Made by a program: the position numbers and the translations under genes. The notes below the pieces were generated by a model. That model did no database searches. It saw nothing but the letters and a program-made list of their open reading frames with translations, and was not told where the DNA came from. From contig NC_092670.1 of NCBI RefSeq assembly GCF_964355755.1, forward strand, positions 16,168,795-16,232,794: DNA of 64,000 nt, given 5' to 3'. This document shows positions 27,645 through 41,450 of the stretch, in pieces (the stretch's first letter is position 1; each line of letters opens with the position of its first letter). The DNA is from Antedon mediterranea (lineage: Eukaryota; Animalia; Echinodermata).

Positions 27645-27812
27645 AGCGTGGTTCCCACTAGCGACGCAACGCAAGGACGTAACGCAACGCAAGTGAATTG
27701 ACCAATCACAAGCGATGGCTTATTCGCTAACTGTCTATAACTTCGCTTTCATTGGTTAAAACGCTTGCGTTGCGTTTACGTCCTTGCGTTACGTTCTAGT
27801 GGGAACCAAGCT
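27645..27812. mobile_element. MITE family B copy 1 (PIF/Harbinger-like)
   Basis: TTA-AGCGTGGTTCCCACTAGCGACGCAACGCAAGGACGTAA...TTACGTCCTTGCGTTACGTTCTAGTGGGAACCAAGCT-TTA; long imperfect TIR with TTA TSD. Confidence 0.9.
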
Positions 27813-28255
27813 TTACAAGTAAAACTGTTGCACACGTAACGCTATCATAATTTGAACGCGTGCATCATCAAGTTGTAGCGTATCTTCGTACCATTGAGCA
27901 TGTTTTAATGTCAAAGCTGATAACATAACAGTTAAATACACATCTCCTGATAGCTGGCGCAATACTGGTTATAATATTTCGTTTTTATCCAATTGCCGAT
28001 GTGAAGAATCGATGGAAAAGTCATCGTTTCGTCGGTAATGAACCGATACAAAATATCCAATGGAATACAAATATATAGAAAGCCTTGATTCAACCATGAT
28101 AAAGCGCTTAATAAAATTGTACTCTTTAACGAGTAAACCAAACATTTTTATTTGCATGAATTCTTCGACCTTCGCTAATCTCCATTAATGAAAAAATATA
28201 AAATACAGAAAACATAATCGGTTCTTTATTTGTTTTTATCTCATCACTTGTCTTT

Positions 28256-28540
28256 GATAGATTGGTTTTCCAGATAAATTGTATTATCGGGTACTTTTAA
28301 CTGCTTTTATTTTCTGGTAATAGTGGGGAACCATATTTAATTCGTAATTAAATTATTTCTGTATTCATTTTCACATCATCTAGATTAGTTTTCAAAATGA
28401 ATATTATTCTCGACTAGTCTTCAGGTTAATTAACAGGTAATAGTGAGAAGCTATACATTTAATTTCATTACGGTCTAAACATTACTTAGGTCTATGTTGT
28501 GTTATTTTAGTTGAGATAGATTTGTTTTCCAGATTTAATT
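28256..28540. repeat. Diverged ~130-bp tandem duplication (about 2.2 units)
   Basis: tagatt.gttttc occurs three times and ggtaatagtg.g.a..ata..tttaatt twice. Confidence 0.6.
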
Positions 28541-30468
28541 TATATAATGTTTTTACAAATTCAATTCAGAATGCAAATTCTGTACTGTGAGTATATTGTC
28601 GGGCTTATTAAACTTTGTATGGTATTTGTCTTTCTGTTAGTTTGTTAAATAAACACGAATTGCTGTAATCTTGCTTAGCCTATAATTTGTTAGTTTTTCT
28701 AAAACGTCTCGCCTCCGGTTCCAGTTTTATGTTGCCAGAAATTTGTCAATATACCCAGTACCCTGTAAATGAGATAATATATAGCCTGACTTTCATTATG
28801 TAATTAGTATAAAGTTGTCTTTCTGATGAATATGTGCTGAAATAATAGCAAGATATCCATATATAGTATTTCTACATGCTTTGATCAACCTTGATGAGTG
28901 AGTCAGACAGCGCCTCCAAACCTAATAGAGATAATAACTTCAACAAACACACACGATAATTGGTGAAATGACCCAGATATTGGTAAGATTAATATAATAA
29001 TATAATGATAAATTATATACATATTGCCAATTTCTATATTACATTTGCGTTGTAAAACAAATCCGTGTCGCGAGGCGAGATAGAAAGAAACGAATTTTTT
29101 GTAGAGCCTAGGAAAGACATTTAGCCCTAATTATACAGATAACACTTTTAAAATTATTTATTTATATTAGGTCCTATAGTTTCGTCAACATGACTTCTTT
29201 TTTGCTGACATATTTCATTTAAAGATACTTGTCCACTGAAAATAAAAACAATTTAAGCATTTGTTTTGTTGTTGGCCATTTTTACACTAGTTTTTCAATT
29301 TGACCAAACATTGGACGGGATAAAAGGTATTTTACTATAAAGATGATGGACTGTAATCTAAAGATAACATAGTCGACTGGAATTTTTTAATTTATCATTA
29401 ACTGCTTATGCATCGTAAGGTTTCGTTTTTCTCATATTTATTGTAGGTTAAATATAATATAAATAAATGTACAAATAAAATAAATGTAGAGTATAAATAA
29501 AATAAATGTATAATTTCCATATTAATAGTTATTCGTTTATATATGAAAGAGAATATTAATGGCATATCCGTTTATTCATATATTTTCATTTACTCATGTT
29601 TTCTCATATCACATTTTACAGAATTTAAATTTACTTTATAATGTATACATATACCACAGACAAAAGTAATACTGTGTTACGATAGTTTTTGAAAAAAAAA
29701 AGGAATATATATCTATTTTAGAATCGATATTTTATTCATTGGAACATGTTATGATAGAATAGACTTGTTTAATCTAAAGCAGATGAGAGCAAACAAGTCA
29801 TTATTTTTGTATAGCAGTTTTTACAGTTATTATTTTGCATTATGAACAAATTACTTGATTTGCCGTCATCAATAAGGATTGAAAAATCAGTAATTATTAC
29901 GATATTTGTATTTTAACACTTATGGAATATATAGACACATTGTCGGCAGTACACCAGCTTAATATGCTGTTATGTTATTATATGTACATCTATGATATGA
30001 TGTCGGATTATTGGCCAAACTGGCGTATACATAATATGGGTTGACTTTGGCGCTAATTTGTAAGACACCTCGACAGACATTTGGTGTACTTCTTAATGGA
30101 GATTTTACATTAAAATAATTTTATGGTGAATTGATAAGTGTTATGGTGGTCTTCCTTTTGTTTTAAATTATGCACTTGTGTCGCAGAAAACTGTTTCTAT
30201 TAAAACCTTTTCTAAAATGGTTCTATTTACGTCATGGATATGTATATATATATGAAGATAATCAATATAAAACGATTGGATATCGTTTTTTATTGATTAT
30301 CAGTAATTCATAAATTCGTCATCGTTATGAGACATGGTGACCAGATTAATTAATAAGACATTGAACAACTACATACAATAAACCTAACATGATAAAAAAA
30401 AAACAATAACTTGTCCGAAAGAAGTACATATTGTGTCCGTCTGGCTCAAAGTCGTTTTTTTACATGTC

Positions 30469-30600
30469 TAAAGCTCAGTTTACACTATGAAAGTTTATGT
30501 GAAAATGTGATGTGCCCTTATATGGATTGATGATGTAATATCACTAACATATTTGTGCATATCACTACCATATTTGTCAAATTAGTTTGATAGAGCCTAA
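30469..30600. mobile_element. MITE family A copy 6
   Basis: TAAAGCTCAGTTTACACTATGAAAGT... with family interior and a partly deleted right TIR. Confidence 0.75.
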
Positions 30601-30726
30601 CGAACAATATTGGAGTTTCTACATTTTCTTCTTATGCCTATTATTTTAGTTCCTAAATTTCAGTCAGTGTTCTTAGCGTGTATAAATACACAATGTATTA
30701 TATACAAACCTATACATGCGTTATTC

Positions 30727-31029
30727 AGCCAACGTTCACACTGAGCTCGGATTAGTCCAGTAACGGGAGAAAACTCCGAGCTACACGTATGTTTTGTACG
30801 GAATCCAAAATGAGTTCCTCACCTTGTATTAATCGTTATTTAATGATTTTATTTTTTAAAGGGTCTTATATGACAACAGAAAGTAAATGCTGAGTAAAGG
30901 TGAGTGAATGGTTATATTCTTAAACTACTCATTTTCCACAATCCGGACTCCGTGTGAACGTGACTAAGTGTGAACGGGGCTCAGTGTGAACGAGGTTCAG
31001 TGTGAACGGGGCTCAATGTGAACGTAGCT
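30727..31029. mobile_element. MITE family D (Harbinger-like) with tandemly amplified right end
   Basis: Left end AGCCAACGTTCACACTGAGCTC matches the right-end reverse complement AGCTACGTTCACATTGAGCCC. A 16-bp unit GTGTGAACGGGGCTCA is repeated about 4-5 times at 30952-31024. Confidence 0.65.
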
Positions 31030-32920
31030 TTAAACTACAATGTTCATTACCACGCACACGAACAACTTCAAAGATATATTTACAATTTTCCATTACAATT
31101 TTGATTTACATTGCTGTTAGATCAAGGTCGAAATAATTGTAAATTAAAAAGAAAGATGTCAACAAAATACAGAATAAAACATGGACATCGACAACTTTTT
31201 AAAAATAGGCGAGGGCAAAGTAGAGAAAAATTGCACTAGGGAAGAAATTTAATCTCTATAAACGTATATAATGACAGTTTCAGAACATATTCGTAATGCT
31301 CCTAGTGTGGAATTGAAATACCAAAGCATAAGTCTGATTGTGGTTGTAAATGCGCACGCGCAAATCAAGAAAACAATTATTTTCTTCGTGCTATTCTCTT
31401 ACAAATCGAAAATGAATAACGGTATTGTATATCATTTTATAATATCTTTGCATTCCAAATCGAAATGAAATAACCAAGCTTCGGATACACTTTTTATTTA
31501 GAAATAGGTCGATTAGGCATACATAACGAGATTATATTTTACAAAGTTATTTTCTGTTGTGCGCGGTTTTGTCTTCATAATTAGAGGGCTCTGATTGGCC
31601 AGAGTAATAATAATACGTCGGTAATGTAGGGCGAGTTCGAGGATTTACGCGCATGGATTTGCTCGCGCTGTTTTTTCTTGCAGACTACCACCAATTGGAC
31701 AATTATTGTTCGTGCTTAATCAATGTCATTTGTCTTTTGTTTGTTTTAACGCCCTCTTTTATTCCCTAAGGAGTTGGGCGTCTAGGTTCCCGTTCAATCG
31801 TTCACAACAACTATTAAATCATTCTGCTCATAACTTTTTTTGTTATTGTTATGAAATTATTGCCCAAAAGCAATGAATTTTACAGTAGGGTAATTTATAT
31901 TTCACAGAACATAACTGAGAAAGGTGCAAAATATGTTTTCTTTTTTGCATTCAAACAATTTGCACATCTTTGTGTAAGTACAATCCGTTGCGTTAACTTA
32001 ATTCCTCGTTAGCTTCGGTCTATAAGTAATTTGTTTAAGTCGTCTTATGAACAGATTTGTTTTTTATGTTTGCATAAGAAAGAGAATCGGCAAGGCGACG
32101 TACTCGCGTTACGGAGCTTTGAACACCATTAGCTAGAGAAGACCAGTACAAAATGAAACACATTTTATAACTGCATAATTGCCCAAGTAAATTTCATTGC
32201 AAGAGTTATGATGAGTTTAGCGAAGTAGATGATCATTTTAATACGATAAAATGGTCGACTAGTGTGAGAAGAAACCCCAGAGGCACTTCCTACAGGAGAA
32301 ACACCAAACGTAGGCTAAAAGTACGTAAGCGGCGGGCGCTGATAAAAAGGCGCGAAAATACAAGTGTCAGATGATTTAGCAGACGATGTAACCTGCCATG
32401 GAAATTTTACAAGCCGGCAGCTTAACGCGTTTCGAAACCACAATCGAACGCCGACAGGATATAATTCGGTTGTAAGCGTTGCAATTGCAGTATCCAGCAA
32501 ATTAACAATTATTATTTGACGAATACTTATTGTTTCTGATAACTTGATAATGTCGATTTATTTTCCCATTATCGATTTAATCATAAAAATGATCGCACAG
32601 CCTCAGGTTATAGCTGTACGTGATACTGCACAGATTTGTTTAACTAACAGTTTAATGACAAAGAAATATTAAAATTATATTTAAATTATATTTGTTTGTA
32701 TATTTCTACTATTACGGCAGACAAATAATTTCAGCTATCTGTATCTGTATACTGTATTACAAGAATAAATCGAAGATTGAATTTCACTCTTCCCTGATTT
32801 AATATTAATATATTAATCCATTTGTGTTTGTGTTTCTTTGTTTATCTTTACTATTTGAACTGTCCAATTGGTATTTTACATGTATGAGAGCTATACCATT
32901 TTTTAAATATTTTATTATTC

Positions 32921-33038
32921 TTAAGCCCTGTCTACACTATCAAATTGGTTTGGTAGTGGTATGACGTCATCATGTCCATATATGGGCATATCAAATTTTT
33001 TTTGTCACATTAACTTTGATAGTGTAGACAGAGCTTTA
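32921..33038. mobile_element. MITE family A copy 7
   Basis: TTA-AGCCCTGTCTACACTATCAAA...TTTGATAGTGTAGACAGAGCT-TTA with a perfect TTA target-site duplication. Confidence 0.9.
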
Positions 33039-33599
33039 CATTGCTTTATTTTCTAACATTATCTAGTTAGGCCTATACCACATTTGGCCGCAATTGTGTT
33101 CTTAAAAACATAATATTTGTCGAATGATTTCTAAATTTGTTCGTGTTTTTTTCTATTGTAGTGCAAATTTTTTATTTTGTTTTCAGCCTACTCTATCGTT
33201 TGTAGGTTTTTGTTCTTTTTTCTTTATTTGAACTGTTTGCGTATAGTATCAAAATGTAAGTCAATATAATAGAAGTTAATTACGTTAGTTCAATGTTTTA
33301 CTTTAAACAATTAGATAAGAGTAATAGAATGTAGTGCATTCATTGACTTCAATAATGGAAAACAAACTTTAAATGAAAAGACTAATTTAATATATAAGTG
33401 CGTCATAGATCCAATTTAATATATTGTAGAATTTCTGGAATTGATACGCTTATTTTCTAGTTAATAATTTTTTATCAACTCTTGAAAAACGAGGTTCTGT
33501 TCTGCATTTTATTTATTTTAGACTTTCTGTTTCAAGTTCTGTGTAGAATTTAATATCTAGGTGATCTATTTGATGTTCTGCTTTTGAATTTTCTGTGTT

Positions 33600-33743
33600 T
33601 TAAGCTCTGTCTACATTATCAAATTTTATGTGGCAAAAAAAAAATGTTATGTGCCCATATGTGGACATGATGATGTCATATCACTGCCATAGTTAGGCAT
33701 ATCACTACCATATTTAAAGTTTGATAGTGTAGACAGAGCTTTA
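33600..33743. mobile_element. MITE family A copy 8
   Basis: TTA-AGCTCTGTCTACATTATCAAA...AGTTTGATAGTGTAGACAGAGCT-TTA with a perfect TTA TSD. Confidence 0.9.
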
Positions 33744-34696
33744 GTCAAACTTTATGAAACAATCTAAGGGACAAACAGACTAGACGCAACCGCTGATGAA
33801 AGATTATGACTTTTGTCACCTTCCATCACTCAGATTTATGAGACTAAGTTTTCCTGAATATCTTCTGCTAATTTGTGTGTGTTTTTTTTAATTTCACTTT
33901 CTTCTAGACATAATATAATAATGGTATTAAAATAATCAAAGCAAATCTGGACAAGCTTTTCCCGGGACCCCCCAAAACATACGCAATCTGTGATCTAACC
34001 ACAAACGACACCTCTAAAGAGCCAGTCCAAGTATCAGCAATGAAGCGTGCCCGTTTTAATGTCCAATGGTAATTGTAATCAAATACAATTCGTGTTAATG
34101 TGATGTAGTTATAATGTAAGGGTGTGAACCTTCTCCATATTACGGTTGTTTAACGAGTTTGAACGTCGTTTGTTACGTACGCAACTTATGTGCAATGGAT
34201 GCCTAATTACATAACAAACTTGTTCGGCTCGTGGCGCCAAACAACCAGCTAACAAGCAATGAACAGACAAAAAACCAACGGAGTTTTAATGATGCGTTCG
34301 AACGCACTGAACCAACCGACTAATTATCGGATTTCTAGTTATTCGAATGATACTCATTCCATTTATTTAATATGACATTTTGTCCATTATATAATTAGTT
34401 TATTTCTAGCTGCAATTTAGACTAACACCTGATATGTTGCAATGTATGTTTTATATTCGCACTTTTTTCTTATGTGTTCATAGCATATTGTCTTATTGCC
34501 TGATATATTGGTGGGGCGCATGCGTGATATTTACGTTTGAACAATAAGTAGTCTAATTATTTGACAAAAGGAAAATGTTACCTAAGTAAGCCATGTTATT
34601 ATTTCATTCTTGATTATTAAAACAGAAAGTATTACGCCAGAACAAGCACGCTATCAATTGTTGCACGCGCACGCTGATCCGTAGTGCCCAGTAATT

Positions 34697-34919
34697 AGGG
34701 GGTTCGTTTTGGGACGACCTCATGTAATCGCATTACGTCATTTGTCCAAACTCGTCGATGTCCAGTAAATTCGAGTTCGATTTTGTACGCGAAAAAATTG
34801 AAATGCGCATGGGCCTCACCGACGAAATTGGTTCCGACGACAAAAATCAAACGCATGAGCACAATAAATTAACCTGACGCCATGTCCTACAGTGGGTTGT
34901 CGCAAATCGAAATCTCTCT
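34697..34919. mobile_element. Degenerate TIR element, superfamily uncertain
   Basis: Left AGGGGGTTCGTTTTGGGACGACC versus right reverse complement AGAGAGATTTCGATTTGCGACAACC, with a CpG-rich interior. Confidence 0.45.
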
Positions 34920-35248
34920 ATTGACGATTTGTATCGACTTAGGCCTGATGCCCATGGTTTAGGAACCCCAAGTGGCCTTCCAACGTTTGAGGCCTTGGGC
35001 CTTTTTAGCCCTTTTCGACATATCTGAATGCTTGTCTTTTCCTCTGGACACTGCTCTGGGTCCCCTATAAGCTCCGAGGCCCCTGGGTTTAGCCAGTGAG
35101 CGCTCAGCTGTTACTCTCATGTCATCGTAGGTGTCGTATGTTTTACTCAAGTTTGAGCCAAGACCGTTAGGGAGTTTACGAACCTAACATTGTATATTTA
35201 TAATATATAGCATATTTTTTGTATCATTATTTCTGAAAGTAGAGGGGT

Positions 35249-35493
35249 TTGAACTCGACCTTCAGAAGGCAGTCACTCATCTACAGCTCTCTTATTAATG
35301 TTATTTATGTATAATTATATCATAATTATTATTGTTATTTTATTTGTTTTTCATTTTATAAAAGACAGTCCTAATGCGCTACACACAATTAACAGCGAAG
35401 AATTTTGACCCAGACCTTGAAGGCAGTCGTGCGCGTCATATTAATGTTATTTACGTTATTATATCATTACTTTTTTAAAAGACATTCCAAAGC
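35249..35493. repeat. Diverged direct duplication
   Basis: gacctt..gaaggcagtc...tattaatgttattta.gt..ttatatcat...aaaagaca.tcc occurs twice. Confidence 0.7.
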
Positions 35494-36789
35494 ACATGTG
35501 GTTTATAAATTATCATTAATAACATTACGTTTCAACCTTTAATATAATTTTTATTATGAATTTTTCTTTTGTTTTGCAATTACTTTATAACGAGCTTAAA
35601 TGCATTAAGTGTGCAACTCCCCCTCCCCTTTTATATTCATGAAAACGGCCGTTATGATCCAGGCAACTTTCAATCTGCGAAATGATTCTAAAATATTATA
35701 TAAATGTTCTCCTGGTTTATTGAAGTTGGTATTCCATCTGATAATTACATTTTGTTCAATTTAAGAAAGAAATAAAGAAATGTTACTATATATAAATAAT
35801 ATTAACAATTTAAATATTTAGCATTTCATTGTTATTATATATTTATTATATATTATTACAGATGCTTCATATTCTTGCTTGTTCTTTTTATTTTTGTGTG
35901 TTGATTTACCAACTCTGGTTCCACAAGTTTTGAGTGGAATAGACAGTTTGTAATATTTGAGACCAAAACAAAAAAAATAGGTTAAACATGTTACATAGTA
36001 TTCATATCATCACAATGTATTATCTTATTTTGCCAGATATATTACCAATTATTTGGTAATCTTATAAATTATTTGAAATAATAGTTTACTATTAATAATA
36101 TTAAACATGATTGCAATTAATTGAAATTGATTGTAGTAAAAATTTATTATTTAAAGAAAAAACCCAAAACACAATTTTCGTTTTTGTTTGAAACAGCAGA
36201 TAGGAATGAACATATTATTTTATCATTCTGATGAATTTCGAATACAGCGTCAGTTTGTAGGATTAAGCTAAATTCGTTCATTTGAGTGTTTAAGTTTGCC
36301 CCTGGTAAAAACCCCTATTCCCTGTAACTGTAGGCTATACTTTGCGATTTAATTTTACCAGCTCGATATATTAATAGTATTATGGCATTTGTCATTATCG
36401 TAATTGCTTACAATAGTCAGAACACATCTACAAATTGTAAAAAAGATTAGATAAAACTAATAATTCGACTCAGAAGAATGGACTTAGAGATAATTAAAGC
36501 CAACAAAACATAATACAATTTCATTAGTACAATTCCAATACAATTCATTTCTTTAATTTTCTTTTGTTGTGTTTCGTCATTCATTTAATTTGTTTGAAAA
36601 TGAAATTGAAGAAAAATTGACTCTTGTGTATCTTATTAGTCGTATTAAATTTTGATACGGACCAAAAGGATATGTTTTTAATTATTTTATTCAGTTTGCT
36701 AATGTTAGATGAGTTGGTACAATGATGAGTAAAATCAATACGAAAGGTTAAGTTGTTACGAATGGCTTTTGCATAATTCTTTTGTATGT

Positions 36790-37091
36790 GGTGCCTAGTT
36801 TGGTGTGCCATTCTTTGGTGTGTCATACTTCAAGATGTACCGTATTCGGTGACTAGTTCGATGTGCCATACTTCAAGATGTACCGTATTCAGTGCCTAGT
36901 TTGGTGTGCCATACTTCAAGATGTACCTATACGGTGCCTAGTTTGGTGTGGCATACTTAGGTGTACCATATTTCAAGATGTACCGTATTCGGTGCCTAGT
37001 TCAGTGTGCCATACTTTGGTGTGTCGTACTTCAAGATGTACTGTATACAGTATACAGTGCATCGTTTGGTATGCCATACTCCAAGATGTAC
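36790..37091. repeat. 43-bp minisatellite, about 6 units
   Basis: Unit GGTGCCTAGTTTGGTGTGCCATACTTCAAGATGTACCGTATTC. Some units carry an extra ~15-bp TTTGGTGTGCCATAC module. Confidence 0.9.
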
Positions 37092-37904
37092 GTCGATACA
37101 GGTAAATCGTGTAGTATGGCACGCTACATTTTTTGCCATTAAAAGTACGGCAAGATTTAGCAGAAAATATTGATCTTTATTTCTAAATTCTTGTATAGAT
37201 TCTTTAGTTATTAAAGCTGGTCTCCAGTGACACTAGAGATGTTTAAAACCTTTTCACAGACCAGTCATTTCACTCTTCTCTGATAAAGATAGATCGTAGT
37301 AAATAATATGCCTTTTGCTTAGTATGGCCCACCAACATGCAACATGGTGACGCTCTTTTATATAACCGGTTGCTTGTTCTATAGATAATTGAAAAGTTGC
37401 ATCGCATATCCTTAAATAATTTCTATTCATTGCCATTATATTTATTATTCACCCACAGTAGTAGGCCTAAGATAAATTAGAAATATAAATTAAATAATAC
37501 TATCTACTTGTGTAATGATTACTTTACAATCCATAGTCATGCTCTGGCGTTTTCTAATTATTCGTCAATTTATATATGAGACGTGTTTTGAATTAAGACT
37601 TTAATATCTCTTTGTATTTTATTAGATGTTATCAAATAATACATGATTGTTTTAATTAATGTATGTAATGTAATATAGCCAGAAGCCGAGTTCGAACTAA
37701 CACTTTCTAGTGAATTTCATTTATGTAAAAGTTGATATATTGTTTGGTAGCGTGTATATAGAGTACCGTGTTAAAGAAATATTTCTGTATTTATTTCATC
37801 ATTCATTATTACATTTTACAACATCGTAACTATAAACGTCATCATCAATCTGCACCAATCGATTGTTAACAGAATTATCTTTACCGTCATAATTATCAAA
37901 ATCA

Positions 37905-39453
37905 CCGTTTCATCATTTTCGCCGTCACCACCACCACCACCACCACCACCACCATCATCATCATTATCGTCCATTATGATCATCACCATAATCATTATCA
38001 TCACCATAATCATCATCACAATCATCATTACCATTAATCATCACCATCATCATCATTATATCAACACCATCACCATTACACCATCACCACCATAATTACC
38101 ATAATCATCATCGCCATAACTATCATCATCACCATGATTATCATCACCATAATCATCATCGCCATAACGATCATTATCATCACCATAATCATCATCACCA
38201 TCATCATCATCATCACCATCATTATCATCATCATCACCATCATCACCATCATCATCATCGCCATATCCATCATCATCATCGTCACCATCATTATCACCAT
38301 CATTATCACCATCATCATCACCATCATCACCATCATTATCACCATCATTATCACCATCATCATCACCATCATCACCATCATTATCATCATCATCATCATC
38401 ACCATCATCATTATCACCATCATCATCATCATCATAATCATCATCACCATCATCATCATCACTATCATTACCATCATTATCACCATCATTTTCACCCATC
38501 ATCATCACCATCATTATTATTATCTTCATCATCACCATCATTAGCATCACCATCATTATCATCATCAGTACCATCACCATCATCACCATAATCACCATCA
38601 GTATCATCTTCAATACCATCCCCATCATCACCATAATCATCATCGCCATATCCATCATCATCATCATCATCATCACCATAATCATCATCATCACCATCAT
38701 CATTATCATCATCAATGTCATCATCAATATCATCACCATAATCATCATCGCCATATCCATCATCATCATCATAATCATCCTCATCACCATCCATCATCAT
38801 CATCATCATCATTATTATTATCATCACCATCATCATCATCATCACCATCATTATCATCATCATCACCATCATCACCATCATCATCATCGCCATATCCATC
38901 ATCATCATCGTCACCATCATTATCACCATCATTATCACCATCATCATCACCATCATCACCATCATTATCATCATCATCATCATCATCACCATCATCATTA
39001 TCACCATCATCATCATCATCATAATCATCATCACCATCATCATCATCATCATCACTATCATTACCATCATTATCACCATCATTTTCACCCATCATCATCA
39101 CCATCATTATTATTATCATCATCATCACCATCATTAGCATCACCATCATTATCATCATCAGTACCATCACCATCATCACCATAATCACCATCAGTATCAT
39201 CTTCAATACCATCCCCATCATCACCATAATCATCATCGCCATATCCATCATCATCATCATCATCATCACCATAATCATCATCATCACCATCATCATTATC
39301 ATCATCAATGTCATCATCAATATCATCACCATAATCATCATCGCCATATCCATCATCATCATCATAATCATCCTCATCACCATCCATCATCATCATCATC
39401 ATCATTATTATTATCATCACCATCATCATCATCATCACCATCATCTTCATCAT
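37905..39453. repeat. Compound (CAT/CAC/TAT)n microsatellite with 593-bp higher-order duplication
   Basis: Seen directly. Identical interruption patterns recur 593 bp apart; the spurious ORF starts 38495/39088 and 38790/39383 differ by 593. Confidence 0.95.
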
Positions 39454-41062
39454 TGTGGAGAGAAGACAATACGTGTTTTGTAACTACTTCCTCCTATTAA
39501 TTTTTTAAATATCCAATCATCTATTTTGTTTTTGTTTACCTTATTCTTGCTAGATCTGAAATAGTTGTATTGTATCATTTACTTATAATTTTCGCGCGCA
39601 TCAAGTCTTCCTTAATAATCATGTATCATCTATCGTTGTTGTTTACTTATCATCTTTTGTGTGGGTATTGTTAAAACATTTTGCCATTGTATTCATCAGC
39701 GTTTAAAACAGTACTGCATCTAAATCTTTTTTACCAACGATCTGGTTTAGAATGCTTCAAATGACCTGTTGAAGTACAATGTCCCAATTGTCTTGTGGTA
39801 TCATTTTATTAAAACAATTATTGTTATTATCAAATACATTTATGTTAGGTCAATGCTTAGTCTTATGAATACTTGAACAATGATTACTTTACTTTATTAA
39901 CTTTTTTGATGCATTTTAAAGACGTTCTTACGACCCGGCCGATTACCGTAATTTAAAGTACACAGAGAACAGTTAATATTGAATTTAGGTATAGGTTTTG
40001 TATTTTATTCAAGAAGCACTTTATTTGACTAAATTTTTGCTATTAATTTCTTTAATGTCGCCTTTAGGCAGTTTTCAATATCAAACTCACGATCTAAGAG
40101 ATAAATTCCATTTACGAGCAATTTTCTTTATATCTTAAGTAATTGAATAGATCACGTGGTCATCTTATGACATAATACATCTCATCTTTGTACTATGGGT
40201 ATTAATTTTATTTCAATTTTGCAGTATAGACATTTGATACGTTCGGAATGGAGTGTTAATACATGAAAATACTATATTTTTTTTGTAATTGTTATCAACA
40301 CATCGCTGTAATAGGCATACATTAGGCAAACTTTCTAAAATCCTCTAAAAATATGTCGTGTCCTGCATCACGAACCATCGGTGTTCAATTCCCAACATGC
40401 AATGTGTGTGCTTTAATGTAAAAGAAACATCATTCTTGTCATATTAATTATACGCAGCTACGTCCCAATAAAGTGGATTAAAAGCACAGCATTCGTGTCC
40501 CGTTCTTAACCGGTAAAGGGTGATTCCTCCTATTGGTTGGCCCATGGTTGGCCGTATAGTGTTAACATATATACAGTATTTTGTTATGAAACTGTAACTA
40601 TAATATTGGAAAAACCACTCGGTACTGTATCTATTTTTCTCAATCTCCAGTCTTAAGTACCCAGTAGGCCTACGAATTTTAGTTTAATTCCTCATGTGAG
40701 ATCTTAAATACACTGTTGAACAAGTGGAATTATTTAATTATACCAGAAATACGTAAAATGAAAGATCGCACTGTTATTTTATGTTACATTATGTTATATT
40801 GCCTTTTGATAAATTGAAATCTTATTGATTATCTCCGCAAGATTTCATATCAAATCCAAAGAAATAACTCGAAATGAAATTGAATCCGCCTTGAATGCAA
40901 GTTCAATTAATTATGTACAGTCAACAAAATACCAGTAAAAAATGCCATTACAAAACAAATTCAATATGTATCCACTTTTATCGTCAAATGAACAGTGGGA
41001 AATAGAATTAAAAATAATTATTTGTAATAATCTGCCACGCGCGCGTGTCTTTATTGATATAG

Positions 41063-41450
41063 AAAGTACTTACTCAAAACACAATACGAACACTTCAATT
41101 AGGGATTGTGCTTCGTCATAAAATAAATTAAAAATACTTGCAGTATGTACAATTATTTTTTTTGCTAGAGTACATTGAATGTTTATTGCAGCAACGTGTC
41201 ATGCAAATACTGCAGCCATTTGGATGTTTACTGCAGTACATTAAACTAATAAAAGTACTTACTCAAAACACAATACGAACACTTCAATTAGTGATTCTGC
41301 TTCATTATAAAATAAATTAAAAATACTTGCAGTATGTACAATTATTTTTGTTTGCTAAAGTATATACATTAATGTTTATTGCAGCGACGTGTCATGCAGG
41401 TACTGCAGTACATTCGATGTTTACTGCAGTACATTATAACTAATAAAAGT
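41063..41450. repeat. Tandem duplication, 2 x ~190 bp
   Basis: aaagtacttactcaaaacacaatacgaacacttcaattag starts at both 41063 and 41252, and similarity continues throughout. Confidence 0.92.

Noticed and set aside
34940-35150. GC-rich patch with a 63-aa minus-strand ORF
   Set aside because: Non-ATG start and no homology recognised. More likely a repeat fragment whose ends I cannot define.
36790-37142. CRISPR-like array and overlapping 64-80 aa ORFs
   Set aside because: The units are contiguous with no unique spacers, there are no cas genes, and the context is eukaryotic. The ORFs are repeat translations.
37816-39453. Long Met/Asp/Ile-rich ORFs (up to 244 aa)
   Set aside because: They are translations of the (CAT)n tract, open in several frames on both strands, with frames switching at repeat interruptions.
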